From contig JBOEGF010000014.1 of the NCBI GenBank assembly GCA_050633305.1, positions 447,974 through 511,973 on the forward strand: a stretch of 64,000 nucleotides of DNA, given 5' to 3'. The position numbers and the translations under genes are program-made. Positions 38,101 through 47,046 of the stretch are shown piece after piece. This DNA is from Nannocystales bacterium (GTDB taxonomy: Bacteria > Myxococcota_A > Polyangia > Nannocystales > Nannocystaceae). A model generated the notes under the pieces. That model searched no databases. It was not told where the DNA came from and worked only from the letters and a program-made list of their open reading frames with translations. Every line of letters begins with the position of its first letter. The stretch's first letter is position 1.

Positions 38101-40792
38101 GCGTCTCCGACCTGCCGTTGTTGTGTTCGCGGGTAAACCGAAGCTTCGCGGGCTTGGCTGTGGTCGGCTCGCCCGAGGGCAGCACGGCCCGGACCTCGGT
38201 CGTCCACGCGGAGCCGACCTGGGGATCCTTGTCGGCCTGCCGGACGAGCAAGTACCGGGAGGGGTGCACCCAGGCGGAAGCGGTCGTGGAGAGCTCCTGA
38301 CGGGCGCTGTCCATGGTCAACAGTGTGACCCTGCATCTGTAAGGATGCCCGGGCGACAGACCTGGGAACTCCATGTCGGCGTCCACCCGGCCTTTGGCAT
38401 GCTGCGCGGTCTTCTTCAGAGAAGACCAGCCGGTGGTCGGCGAGGACGCGAGCGTGACGGCGGTTAGAATGGAGAACCCGGTCGTGTTGAGGGGGCGGTA
38501 GGACGTTGGGGAACAGCGCGTCTGTAGACTTGCTTCCGCGACCGGCAGCGGCATGCCGTGGAGGTATCGCGCGACTGCGGAGACGTGGGTCCCCTCACCA
38601 TGCTGGAGCTCGGTGTCCTTGAGCGACAGGGATACATCGTATGCCGGGGCCACGAACTCGCGGAGACGAACGCCGCGAGAGAACGAGCCTCCGCCATCCC
38701 CCTCGACGTTCGCGTGGATCTGCGCATGGCCAAGCTTGGCGGTGCTCGGAATGTCGAGCGTGGCCCAGAACTTCCCGTAGGCCTTGGTTCGAACGGTTGA
38801 CTCGGCCAGTACGTCCCCTCCTGGTCCGCTGAGTTTGACGACAACGGGCCGGGTGCCAGCGGCGGTGATGCTCTCCGCGTGCTCGGTACTGCTTCGGGCG
38901 ACCCAGCCCATGACACGCATCCGCTCACCGGGTTGATAGATGCCTCGGTCGGTCATGATGACACCGACGTCAAACTCGGCCCCACGGGCGGGAAGGTGAT
39001 GCGACCGCCAGCTCCCGCGGCCTTCCCCCTCGAGTCCCAACGCGACCCGGTCATCGTCGGTTTCGACGACCACTGCATGGTTTGCCAGCCGGGTGGGCGC
39101 CGGGACGCGAATGAAGCCCTCCGCATCCGAGGGCCCGAAGCTGTCGACCAACTTCGGTGGTGAGGACGAGGGAGCGAAGATGTGCGCGGTCGCGCCGGAC
39201 ACCGGGGTCGCGGCGTCTAGGGTCAGCACCCGGACGAACCCTCCTGCAGGCGAATCGCCGACGAGCAAGCCCAGGTTGGTGAACTGGACGAGCTCTCGGG
39301 AGGTTTCGACGGGCGCCCTGTGTTTCTGGTCCGGACGAATGGTTCCAGGGAAGAGCTCTACGAACGCCGCGCCCTTCGGTGATCCGAGGACCTTGGCCAA
39401 GGAAAACTCTCGCGCGTCCCATCCCCAGGCGCCTCCCGGGGTGAGGTCGAGGTCGAGCTCGCGTGTCTTCACCCCATGCTTCGGAAGGGCCCGGACGTCA
39501 TCCTCCGCGTACACGATCTCGGCCAACGCAGCATTGGAGAGCGTGCTGATGCTGAGCCGTGCGTCTTCGATGGACCGAGACTCGACACCAAAGGTTCCCC
39601 TCCTCCCGGTGAGTTGCGTGCCAGTGCCGCGGAGTTCGAGGATCGGCGGCGGGGCCACGAAGGTGACGGAGCGCGACGACTTGCCTGCCAGGACCTGCCC
39701 CGTCGTGTCACGGATCCCTTTGCCGAGCCGTACCGTATAGGTGCGGCCGGCTTCGAAGTCTCCGTAGAACACCATTGTGGAGAAACTCTCCTCATCCCCA
39801 TAGAGGTACGGGTGAGGGTCGAAGTGCTTGGGTTGGGGAGAGACCCGGATTTTCCGCAGCGCGGACTTGGGCAAGGGCGTGTCGAATTGGAGCTGGAAGT
39901 CTCCAGTGACGCAGCCATCGGTGGCCGAGTCGTCGCACTGCACGCTGGCCTTGAAGCCCGCGCGGGTGCGCAGCGTGGAGAAGGCCTCTTTGCCGGTCGG
40001 CAGCGTGCCGCGGACGGTGGTGAGCGACCCCGCCAGGGTGGCGCGAACCGTGGCGTCGGCGGGCCAGTGGGATTTGGGGAGCACTCGCCAGACCGTGGCC
40101 GTCTTCTGCTCCGACACCGGGTACAGCGGCTCGAGTCGGAACGGCAGCGGACGCACTCGTTTGCCGTCGACGTGCTCGACGCTCAGAGCATCCCGCACTG
40201 CGCGCTCGCCTGCATCATCGCTGAGGGCGACCGTGAAGCCAGCATCCCACCGCACCCGATCGCGTCCCGCCTCGCGGTAGCGGCCGGGGTCGGCAGTGAG
40301 CCGCGCCGTGGGCCGTGGAGTCTCGAAGGACCAACGCTCGTCGACTTCGAGTGACTGGCCGCCTCGGGTCTTGGCCTGGCCTGTGACCGACACTTTGTAG
40401 AGATTTGCGTTGTGAAGCGAATGTGTCGGCTGGAACGCGACTCGGGTCGGCGATGTCCAGGTCGTTGTCCCCGGGATGCTAGGCTCGATGTCGAAGTCGA
40501 GCTGCGACCGAGCCGAATCCATGGCCGTCGAGAAGGTGAGATAGATCGGTTCGCTGGTCGACCCGAACCGCTTGGGGCTGACGCCCACCACTGAACCCAG
40601 GGGTTCCACGTCCGTGCCCCCCCGTGCATCCCCTTGCAGTGGGCCAGCCTCGGTGAGTGTGGCGAGGACCGGAGCTTTGGGGGGCGCGGGATCGCCGACC
40701 TGCCCGAGGTCCGGTTGAGCCGGAGTCGGGCGACACGCCAGCAAACTCCAAGTCGCTGCGAGGAACAATAGTCGGCGAGGCACAGGCTTCAT
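35153..40792 (-). CDS. Bacterial alpha-2-macroglobulin family lipoprotein
   Basis: Lipobox LLAC; TDRGIYQPGE, WAVDEGIL, LPDNLTTFR, thioester motif PYGCVEQ, C-terminal RATHEG..PPA..MYSPE. Confidence 0.95.
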   Translation of the reverse strand: MKPVPRRLLFLAATWSLLACRPTPAQPDLGQVGDPAPPKAPVLATLTEAGPLQGDARGGTDVEPLGSVVGVSPKRFGSTSEPIYLTFSTAMDSARSQLDFDIEPSIPGTTTWTSPTRVAFQPTHSLHNANLYKVSVTGQAKTRGGQSLEVDERWSFETPRPTARLTADPGRYREAGRDRVRWDAGFTVALSDDAGERAVRDALSVEHVDGKRVRPLPFRLEPLYPVSEQKTATVWRVLPKSHWPADATVRATLAGSLTTVRGTLPTGKEAFSTLRTRAGFKASVQCDDSATDGCVTGDFQLQFDTPLPKSALRKIRVSPQPKHFDPHPYLYGDEESFSTMVFYGDFEAGRTYTVRLGKGIRDTTGQVLAGKSSRSVTFVAPPPILELRGTGTQLTGRRGTFGVESRSIEDARLSISTLSNAALAEIVYAEDDVRALPKHGVKTRELDLDLTPGGAWGWDAREFSLAKVLGSPKGAAFVELFPGTIRPDQKHRAPVETSRELVQFTNLGLLVGDSPAGGFVRVLTLDAATPVSGATAHIFAPSSSPPKLVDSFGPSDAEGFIRVPAPTRLANHAVVVETDDDRVALGLEGEGRGSWRSHHLPARGAEFDVGVIMTDRGIYQPGERMRVMGWVARSSTEHAESITAAGTRPVVVKLSGPGGDVLAESTVRTKAYGKFWATLDIPSTAKLGHAQIHANVEGDGGGSFSRGVRLREFVAPAYDVSLSLKDTELQHGEGTHVSAVARYLHGMPLPVAEASLQTRCSPTSYRPLNTTGFSILTAVTLASSPTTGWSSLKKTAQHAKGRVDADMEFPGLSPGHPYRCRVTLLTMDSARQELSTTASAWVHPSRYLLVRQADKDPQVGSAWTTEVRAVLPSGEPTTAKPAKLRFTREHNNGRSETLHTCTLKFDDRGSGTCTWTPRKPGRYNTVLIGGVDGVKVSHHDSVWVLGRPGPKSEDIDFSVSAPEQSTVGEAVDIAVQTHLPRATGVVVEVHAGIRTTHPFTTQDHAAQLRLTANESWVPNGYLDTLVAHPDGKRLPYLEYSFDTVELGYGSRELTVTVQNPTVASAGSTLPIDVTVADPKGRPVTDAHVSVWAVDEGILMLRDWSFPSFTHALAIDRGNEARYFNGYRDLRTPYTLRRDPFESGLRGVGSGGGAGGSGFGSGAGMGGGGAGSSPKTRRNFDPAPIFIGDVKTGSDGTARVHGVLPDNLTTFRIAAVATAEVPGTGAFARAGREESKVRVTQDLAVRPLLPRVLRPGDTAELGVLVDNLTDTPGTLEVKVALKDAAGLARITSPGTITRRLDGAQARIPVSVEAQGPGELLVWVSATLTTDDGHVLQDASELPLEVRAERTLIRHAATYGSMLDVQTSAVALEVPGTHIPDSASASVDVYASMLGGYKDTANDLVTYPYGCVEQTSSRLVPLAALHELEGFDLGVGSVTEFAQAGLDRLESMQTASGGFGYWPGSSHAHVYGTAYAAWVLGELKRSGIQIDEDVLERALSFLETELARVRSYATPSAHDDARAAMALLAIASSGRVQPEVLEGLLSRADALPVFSRALLAMAVHTGDPNDPRLPALLDSLRERVEVRDTTARSKAASRRFTALFDSPVRTDAMILLALVRAAPDDALIEPLARGLTKARNSGQLRNTQENAYALLAMAGYAELRESVEPDMDVRAWVGTSMVVDASFNGRDLTLVQESAAITTEDPLVTLERLGQGRMYYRVGMQWAPKPETIEPRARGISIQRTLFDSRGALDDRSLVAGEGGTLEVVITADARQRYVAIDVPLPAGLEAVDRSLGRGGASKTVRTSTGGRSLPYSHHELRGDRVLVFVDQLPAGTYRYRVPVRATHEGHYSMPPATVHAMYSPEVSGNTGGRPVRVVSP

Positions 40793-41052
40793 GACGGACA
40801 GCTCGGAAGGCGCGGAGTTCCCGAGTGAGACGAAGGATAGGGGAGCGTGGTTTGAGTTCCCCGGACCTCGGGCGGTTCGACGGTTCTCGGGAAGTGCGTC
40901 AGAACCCTGCAGAACGGACGCAGGTACGAGCGTAGCCTAGGTCCGTTCTGGGCCGCTGGTGGCCAGCGCGTTTCCGCAACCGGCGGTTTCACACTGGTGT
41001 CGTTTCACCCGCGCAGGACCTGAGGAGATGCTCCGCGCTGTACCCTCGCACC

Positions 41053-44000
41053 GTGCTGACCCTCGCTCTGGGTGCGCTGCTGGCATCAGCGCCCTCGATC
41101 GAAGTTCACCGACAGACTTGGGACACGGCCGATGGGTTGCCACAGTCGTCGGTGACTGGCGTCGTGCAGGGTTCGGGTGGGTTCCTGATTCTCGGGACCT
41201 TCGCGGGCCTCTCGCAGTTCGACGGACGTTCGTTCAAGCGGGTCGATCCAACGCGGGACAGAGAGTGGTCGGGTCTTCGTGTCACGGCGGTCGCGGCGGC
41301 TGAGCAACGCGCTCCTTGGGTCGGTACCCAAGACGGTCGGTTGCTGCGGCTGGAGCAAGGCAAGCTGGTGGAACACTCGCTGCCCGAGCTGTTCGTCGGG
41401 CACTCGATCTGGTCGATCTCCGCCGAGGGCGGCGACACCTGGGTGGCGAGCCCCTTCGGCGTGGGGCACTGGGACGGCGAGAGCTGGACGGTCATCGAGC
41501 GCCCCCACGGGGCGAACGTGGTCTTGGCTGACCAGGGGACAGCCTGGGTCGGGGATGGCTTCGGCCTCCAACGGATTCGCGATGGCCGGACCGAGGTCGT
41601 GTCCGCCGAGGTTGGACCGGTCCTGAGTTTGTGTGCGAGCGATGCGGGAGTTGTGGTCGGTGGTGTCGACGGGGTCGTCCGGGTGACGTCCACAGGCGTT
41701 GTATCCCTCGACGGACATGGAGCGACGAAGCTCGTGTGTGCTGTAGATGGTTCGGTCTGGGCGGCGTGGGGGAGCTCGTTCCGTCGCGTTGGCGACGAGG
41801 ATGAGTTCAACTTTGAGCACCCCATCCGCTCGGTCTTCGAAGACCGGGAACGCAACCTGTGGGTGGGGACGGACGGAGGAGGCCTTGTACGGCTCATCCG
41901 CGCGGACTGGACCGTCACCGAGACTCCCAGCGGGGCGCTGCCCATTCTGCAGCTGGCCGACGATTCTCTGCTTGTAGGAGGGTTCTGCGGAAACGGAGGC
42001 CTGTTCCATCTCGCTCCGGACGGAGCGCTGGCGCCGGTGTCCGCCCTGTGTGTCCGTGCCCTGGCATCCGACGAACGCGGTGCGTTGGTCGGGATGGAAT
42101 CGCAGGTTTTTCGGTGGTCGGAGCTGGGCGGCCTGCAAGAACTCGTCGACGTCGGGCACTCGATCCTCGCCCTCGAACCAACCGCGCAGGGGTTGTGGGT
42201 TGGCACCGATAGCGGGGGCGCGTTCCGGTTCCACAACGGAAGACTCGAAGCTGTCGACGTGGGTGACGCGAGGGTGCTGTCGATCCTGGCCACCGACGAT
42301 GGCACGTGGTTCGGCACCCATCGCGGTCTGACGCGGCTGGATGATTCGGGGCTGACCCGCTGGACAGCGGAGGACGGCGTCCCACCGGGGCCCATTCGGG
42401 GTCTACTTCAAGACGAGGATGGGACGCTCTTCATGGCCAGCTATGGCGGCGGGTTGGGGGTGTTGAGGAATGGCAAGTTTCGGCGTCTTACCGTGGCCGA
42501 CGGGCTCGGCGACGATGCGGTCTCGGCGGTGCTCGACGATGGCCGTGGTGCCCTGTGGATCAACGGGAACAGAGGACTGACGCGCCTGCGTCGCCATGAC
42601 CTCGAGGCGTGGCTGACTCACGCACAAGAGAGCCCTCGGATGCGGCGATGGGACACGCCCGAAGGCAACGGCGGAGGGCAACCGGCGGGCGCGGTGCTGC
42701 GCGATGGAACGCTTGCGTTCGCGACCGCGAAGGGGGTGCTCCGCATGGCGCCCGAGGAGGTTTTTCGCAACCCGATCCAGCCGAGAGTGGTGCTCGAGTC
42801 CGCCGATGTGGATGGCGTCTCGCTGATCCCCGGCGAGACCGTTCGCATCGATCCAGGCCCCGGGCGTGTCTTTGTCGACTTCACCGCCGCCACACTTCGA
42901 CACCCGGAGCTCGCCACGCTGGAGGTGCGGCTCATCGATGTGGGGAGCGGAGAGTCTCCGGCGTGGGCCCTTTCGGCGGACGGAACCGCACTGTGGGGTG
43001 GGCTCCGACCGGGGACCTACGAGATCGAGCTGCGGGCGACGAACGAAGATGATGTGCAGTCGGAGTCGCTGCGCCTGTATTTCGAGCTGGAGCCGTACTG
43101 GCATCAGCGGATCTCGTTCTGGGTTGGGTTCGGATTCTTGGTGTTGGCCGGGGGCGTGGTCGGGCACGAAATCCGAATCCGCGGGGTTGCCGAACGCAAC
43201 CGAGAGCTTCAGCGCGAGGTCGCGCAACGGATCTCCGCCGAGGAGGAGCAACAACGCATCGCGCGGCGTCTGTCGGCGGCCGAGCGGATGGAGGCTGTGG
43301 GACGGCTCGCCGGTGGCATCGCACACGACTTCAACAACCTCTTGACGGCCGTCGCGGGGACCTCCACCGTCCTGCGCGGCCTTCACGACGAGCGCGGCCT
43401 CTCCGAGGACAGCGCGCCCTTGCTCGATAGTCTGGACCGCTGTGTCGAGCGGGGTGGGAGCTTGACCCGCAGCCTGCTGTCGTTCGCGCGCAAACAACCG
43501 ATCGACCCGTCGCTGACGCGGGTGGACGTCCTCGTTCGCAAGCTGATGCCGATGCTCGAGACCTCGTTGCGAGACGACATTACCCTGCGTCTCGGACCCG
43601 AGTCCGTGCCCGCGGGGACGATGGTGGATCCGGCGATGCTGGAGCTGGCCATCATCAATCTCACCCTCAATGCCCAGGATGCATTGGCCCGTGGCGGGCA
43701 GGTCGATATGGTCGTCCAGCGTGTCGATGCGGAGGAACTGGGACGTCGGTTCCCGAGCCTGATTCCGGACGCAGAGGGCGATTGGACCGTGATTTCGGTC
43801 CGTGACGACGGAGAAGGCATGTCCGATGAGCAGCTCGCAAGAGCCCGTGAGCCGTTCTTCACGACCCGCGATCACGGCAACGGGTTGGGCCTCCCGTCGG
43901 TCGAAGGTTTCGCGGCACAGTCCGGGGGTGCACTGCACCTGGAGTCGTCGATCGGGCAAGGCACGACGGTTTCGATCGTGCTGCCCTTCTTCGACGCACC

Positions 44001-44424
44001 CGAGGTCATTGCGCCGGTCCAAGACACTCCCGTGAAGGCGGGTGGGGTGGGACGCGTGCTGCTGTGTGACGACGACGAGTTGGTCCGGCTCAGCCTGGTG
44101 CGGGTGCTCGAGCGGGCGGGCTACGACACGCTGTCGTACGCCGACCCATGCGAGTTGCTGGCGGCGGTTGGGCCGGAGACCGAGTTCGACATCCTGGTGA
44201 CCGACGTCCTGATGCCGGGAATGACCGGGGATGAACTCGCTCGCCGGATCGGGGAGATTCGCCCGGGCATCCCAGTCGTGTTCATGAGCGGTTACACCGA
44301 CGACATCCGGACCGACGCGCTCAGTGGTCGCTTGCTTCACAAGCCCTTCGGCTCGGCAGAGGTCGTCGGCGTGATTGCGGAGACCCTTGGCGGATCCGAC
44401 GGCGCGCCGACCTCCGGGGAGTGA
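41053..44424 (+). CDS. Hybrid sensor histidine kinase (Reg_prop propellers, Y_Y_Y, HisKA, HATPase, REC)
   Basis: DGLPQSSV, LWVGTDGGGL repeats, LRPGTYEIELRA, AGGIAHDFNNLL, DDGEGM, EPFFTT, GNGLGL, TDVLMPG. Confidence 0.95.
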   Translation: MLTLALGALLASAPSIEVHRQTWDTADGLPQSSVTGVVQGSGGFLILGTFAGLSQFDGRSFKRVDPTRDREWSGLRVTAVAAAEQRAPWVGTQDGRLLRLEQGKLVEHSLPELFVGHSIWSISAEGGDTWVASPFGVGHWDGESWTVIERPHGANVVLADQGTAWVGDGFGLQRIRDGRTEVVSAEVGPVLSLCASDAGVVVGGVDGVVRVTSTGVVSLDGHGATKLVCAVDGSVWAAWGSSFRRVGDEDEFNFEHPIRSVFEDRERNLWVGTDGGGLVRLIRADWTVTETPSGALPILQLADDSLLVGGFCGNGGLFHLAPDGALAPVSALCVRALASDERGALVGMESQVFRWSELGGLQELVDVGHSILALEPTAQGLWVGTDSGGAFRFHNGRLEAVDVGDARVLSILATDDGTWFGTHRGLTRLDDSGLTRWTAEDGVPPGPIRGLLQDEDGTLFMASYGGGLGVLRNGKFRRLTVADGLGDDAVSAVLDDGRGALWINGNRGLTRLRRHDLEAWLTHAQESPRMRRWDTPEGNGGGQPAGAVLRDGTLAFATAKGVLRMAPEEVFRNPIQPRVVLESADVDGVSLIPGETVRIDPGPGRVFVDFTAATLRHPELATLEVRLIDVGSGESPAWALSADGTALWGGLRPGTYEIELRATNEDDVQSESLRLYFELEPYWHQRISFWVGFGFLVLAGGVVGHEIRIRGVAERNRELQREVAQRISAEEEQQRIARRLSAAERMEAVGRLAGGIAHDFNNLLTAVAGTSTVLRGLHDERGLSEDSAPLLDSLDRCVERGGSLTRSLLSFARKQPIDPSLTRVDVLVRKLMPMLETSLRDDITLRLGPESVPAGTMVDPAMLELAIINLTLNAQDALARGGQVDMVVQRVDAEELGRRFPSLIPDAEGDWTVISVRDDGEGMSDEQLARAREPFFTTRDHGNGLGLPSVEGFAAQSGGALHLESSIGQGTTVSIVLPFFDAPEVIAPVQDTPVKAGGVGRVLLCDDDELVRLSLVRVLERAGYDTLSYADPCELLAAVGPETEFDILVTDVLMPGMTGDELARRIGEIRPGIPVVFMSGYTDDIRTDALSGRLLHKPFGSAEVVGVIAETLGGSDGAPTSGE

Positions 44425-44477
44425 GCCACGCGGAGCCTTTCCTTGCGTGTGCGGTGAACTTCGATACTCTCGGCGGT

Positions 44478-46799
44478 ATGGGCGGGGTCCGTTGGGGTGT
44501 TCTAGTTTGTGCTCTTGGTGTTGTGGCGTGCGGCGATGATGCGCCGCCAATCGCAGGAGACACCGAAGGGACGAGCAGCGGTTCGGCCGGCTCCACCACT
44601 GCAACGCCGACGACCGGGTCGAGCACCGTGGATCCCGACACTGGATCGGACACCGAGGAACTCCCAGAGATCGAGCTCTACGACTTTGCCGGTGGTTGCT
44701 ACACGATCCGTACTGGGGAAACCGCTCTTACCCGCGACGGTGACAGCTACGCGTTCGCCAGCGGCGCTGGCACATCCCTGCGCCTCAAGGCGGCGGACCT
44801 TGGCTCGTACCTTCTCTTCGACCCCGATGGCGGCTACGTGACCGAAGAGGCGGGCCCGCTCACCCGAGCGACGGAGCTCGACTCCGACGTCACGCTCATC
44901 GACGACACCTACGTCTCGGGGGCGATTTGGGTTCTCGAGCGTTCGGAGCTCGATGCCGAGGCCTACCAGCTGCGAAACCTACGAACCGACGGCGTGATGG
45001 GTCCGCAGGGCGCGGTCGGTGACGCCAGTGCCGGGGCGGTGGTCGAACTCGAGGAGGCTACGGGTTGCGCAGACCATCCCGAGCTGAGTCTCGATGCGAG
45101 CGGGAAGGTGGGGCAGACCACGTTCGACGACGGGACCCTCTATGGAATCGTCGACACGCACTCCCACATCCTCAGCAACTACGCTTTCGGTGGGGGTGGC
45201 ATCTTCCACGGCGGCGCATTCCACCCGCTCGGGGTCGAGCACGCACTCCCGGACTGCTCCATCTACCACGGCGAAGCTGGGCGCAAGGACTTCTTCGGGT
45301 TCGCCTTCGACGACGCCGGAGCCGACGCTGTCAACCTCGGAGCGCTGCTCCCTGCGCTCGCGATGGGGGAGTTGACCGAGGACAACCACATCACCGACGG
45401 CTACCCGGACTTCACCGAGTGGCCCGCCGCGCCCTTCCGTTCCACGCACCAGACCCAGTACTACCGCTGGCTCGAGCGCGCGTGGATGAGTGGCCTTCGG
45501 TTGGTGGTACAGCACGCGACGACGAACTCGATCATCTGCCACCTCACCGTGGGCCAAGGCGCTCAGGAGAGCCGCTACGACTGCGAAGACATGACCGCGG
45601 TCGACCGCATCATCGAGCAGACGTATGCGATGGAGCGTTACATCGACGCGCAGAGCGGTGGTCCTGGAGAAGGATGGTTCCGCATCGTCACAACGCCCGC
45701 CGAGGCCCGAGAGATCATTGCCGAGGGCAAGATGGCGGTGGTGCTGGGGATCGAAACCTCGAACCTGTTCGAGTGCACCTCGGTTCCGCGTCCCGGTGAA
45801 CCCGCCTGTGATGAGGCCTACCTCATCGAGCAACTCGACGCGTACTACGAGCGTGGCGTTCGGGTGTTGTTCCCCGTGCACAAGTACGACAACGCGTTCT
45901 CCGCTGGAGATGGCGACCGCGGCTTCATCGAGCTGGGCAACCTCGCAAACAGTGGGCACTGGTCGAACTTCACCGAAGAGGGGTGCCCCGACATCGACGT
46001 GGTGTTCGACGAAGGCCCGATCAGCTTCAACGGCCTGAACATGCCGCGCGATGAGTACATGTCCAAGCCTCCCATCGACGTGTCGAACTTCCCCAACAAC
46101 CCGTTGGGAACCTTGATCGGCTTGCTCGGTGATCTCGGGGAGACGCAGGAGGGGGACTTCTGCCAGAACCACGGCCTGACGCCGCTGGGCGAGACGCTGC
46201 TCGACGAGATGATGCAGCGCGGCATGATCATCGAAATCGATCACTTCTCACGCCGTTCGTACCGGCAGGCCTTCGACATGCTCGAGGCCAACGACTATCC
46301 CGCCGCAGCAACCCACGGCTCCAACAACAACGGCGAACTCTATCAGCTCGGTGGAATCTCGAAGACCGGCTTGGGCCGCTGCCGTTCCGCCGACGGACCG
46401 GGCGCGATGACTCAACGTCTGCGAGACCGCGTCGCGCAGATCGAAGCGGCCGGGGGCTATCCCGCCGAGGGCTTCGGCTTTGACCTCAACGGCTTCGCCG
46501 GGGCACCCGGGCCTCGCTTTGGCGAGGGTGTGTGTGACGGGATGCAAGAGGATCCGATCACGTACCCGTTCGACTCGGTCGCCGGGGACGTCACCTTCAC
46601 GGAGCCCAGCGTTGGCAACCGCGTCATCGACTTCAACACCGAGGGCATGTCGCATATCGGGTTGCTGCCCGAACTCATCGAGGACGCCCGTCGCGACGCG
46701 ACGGACGAAGCCGATTTGGAGCCGTTGTTCCGAAGCGCCGAGGGCTACATCCGCATGTGGGAAAAGTCTGAAGCACGCGGCGCAGCGCTCAAGCGCTAG
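44478..46799 (+). CDS. Lipoprotein amidohydrolase, membrane-dipeptidase (M19)/ceramide N-deacylase-like
   Basis: Lipobox VVAC; DTHSH, YYRWLERAW, LGIE, PVHKYD, IDHFS, GFDLNG, HIGLLPE, LFRSAEGYIRMW. Confidence 0.75.
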   Translation: MGGVRWGVLVCALGVVACGDDAPPIAGDTEGTSSGSAGSTTATPTTGSSTVDPDTGSDTEELPEIELYDFAGGCYTIRTGETALTRDGDSYAFASGAGTSLRLKAADLGSYLLFDPDGGYVTEEAGPLTRATELDSDVTLIDDTYVSGAIWVLERSELDAEAYQLRNLRTDGVMGPQGAVGDASAGAVVELEEATGCADHPELSLDASGKVGQTTFDDGTLYGIVDTHSHILSNYAFGGGGIFHGGAFHPLGVEHALPDCSIYHGEAGRKDFFGFAFDDAGADAVNLGALLPALAMGELTEDNHITDGYPDFTEWPAAPFRSTHQTQYYRWLERAWMSGLRLVVQHATTNSIICHLTVGQGAQESRYDCEDMTAVDRIIEQTYAMERYIDAQSGGPGEGWFRIVTTPAEAREIIAEGKMAVVLGIETSNLFECTSVPRPGEPACDEAYLIEQLDAYYERGVRVLFPVHKYDNAFSAGDGDRGFIELGNLANSGHWSNFTEEGCPDIDVVFDEGPISFNGLNMPRDEYMSKPPIDVSNFPNNPLGTLIGLLGDLGETQEGDFCQNHGLTPLGETLLDEMMQRGMIIEIDHFSRRSYRQAFDMLEANDYPAAATHGSNNNGELYQLGGISKTGLGRCRSADGPGAMTQRLRDRVAQIEAAGGYPAEGFGFDLNGFAGAPGPRFGEGVCDGMQEDPITYPFDSVAGDVTFTEPSVGNRVIDFNTEGMSHIGLLPELIEDARRDATDEADLEPLFRSAEGYIRMWEKSEARGAALKR

Positions 46800-47046
46800 C
46801 AGCCCCGCGCTGTTGACACACGCGGTGAGCTGCTCGGAAAGCGGGGGTACGCCGCGCTGGACAGCAGCACACCGACCGTGTCCGGCAACCTCTGCGCGGA
46901 AGACCTGCCGCAGCAAGAGAATCCCCGCGAACTCACGGGCCTACCGGGTTGCTCAGCCCGCCCGCTCACGGGTCTAATCCACGACGGCCACGCCGTGGAC
47001 ACGCCCAGTGGCGTGCTATGGTCCGTGCCGCCGATCGCGCATTGCC

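Noticed and set aside
42403..44604. 733-aa minus-strand ORF and similar long antisense ORFs (19270-20847, 52464-53909, 61841-63376)
   Set aside because: Shadow frames of well-supported genes in high-GC DNA; no recognisable motifs.
46800..47046. SdpC-like precursor peptide upstream of the HTTM cluster
   Set aside because: No ORF with an RBS and signal peptide in this gap.
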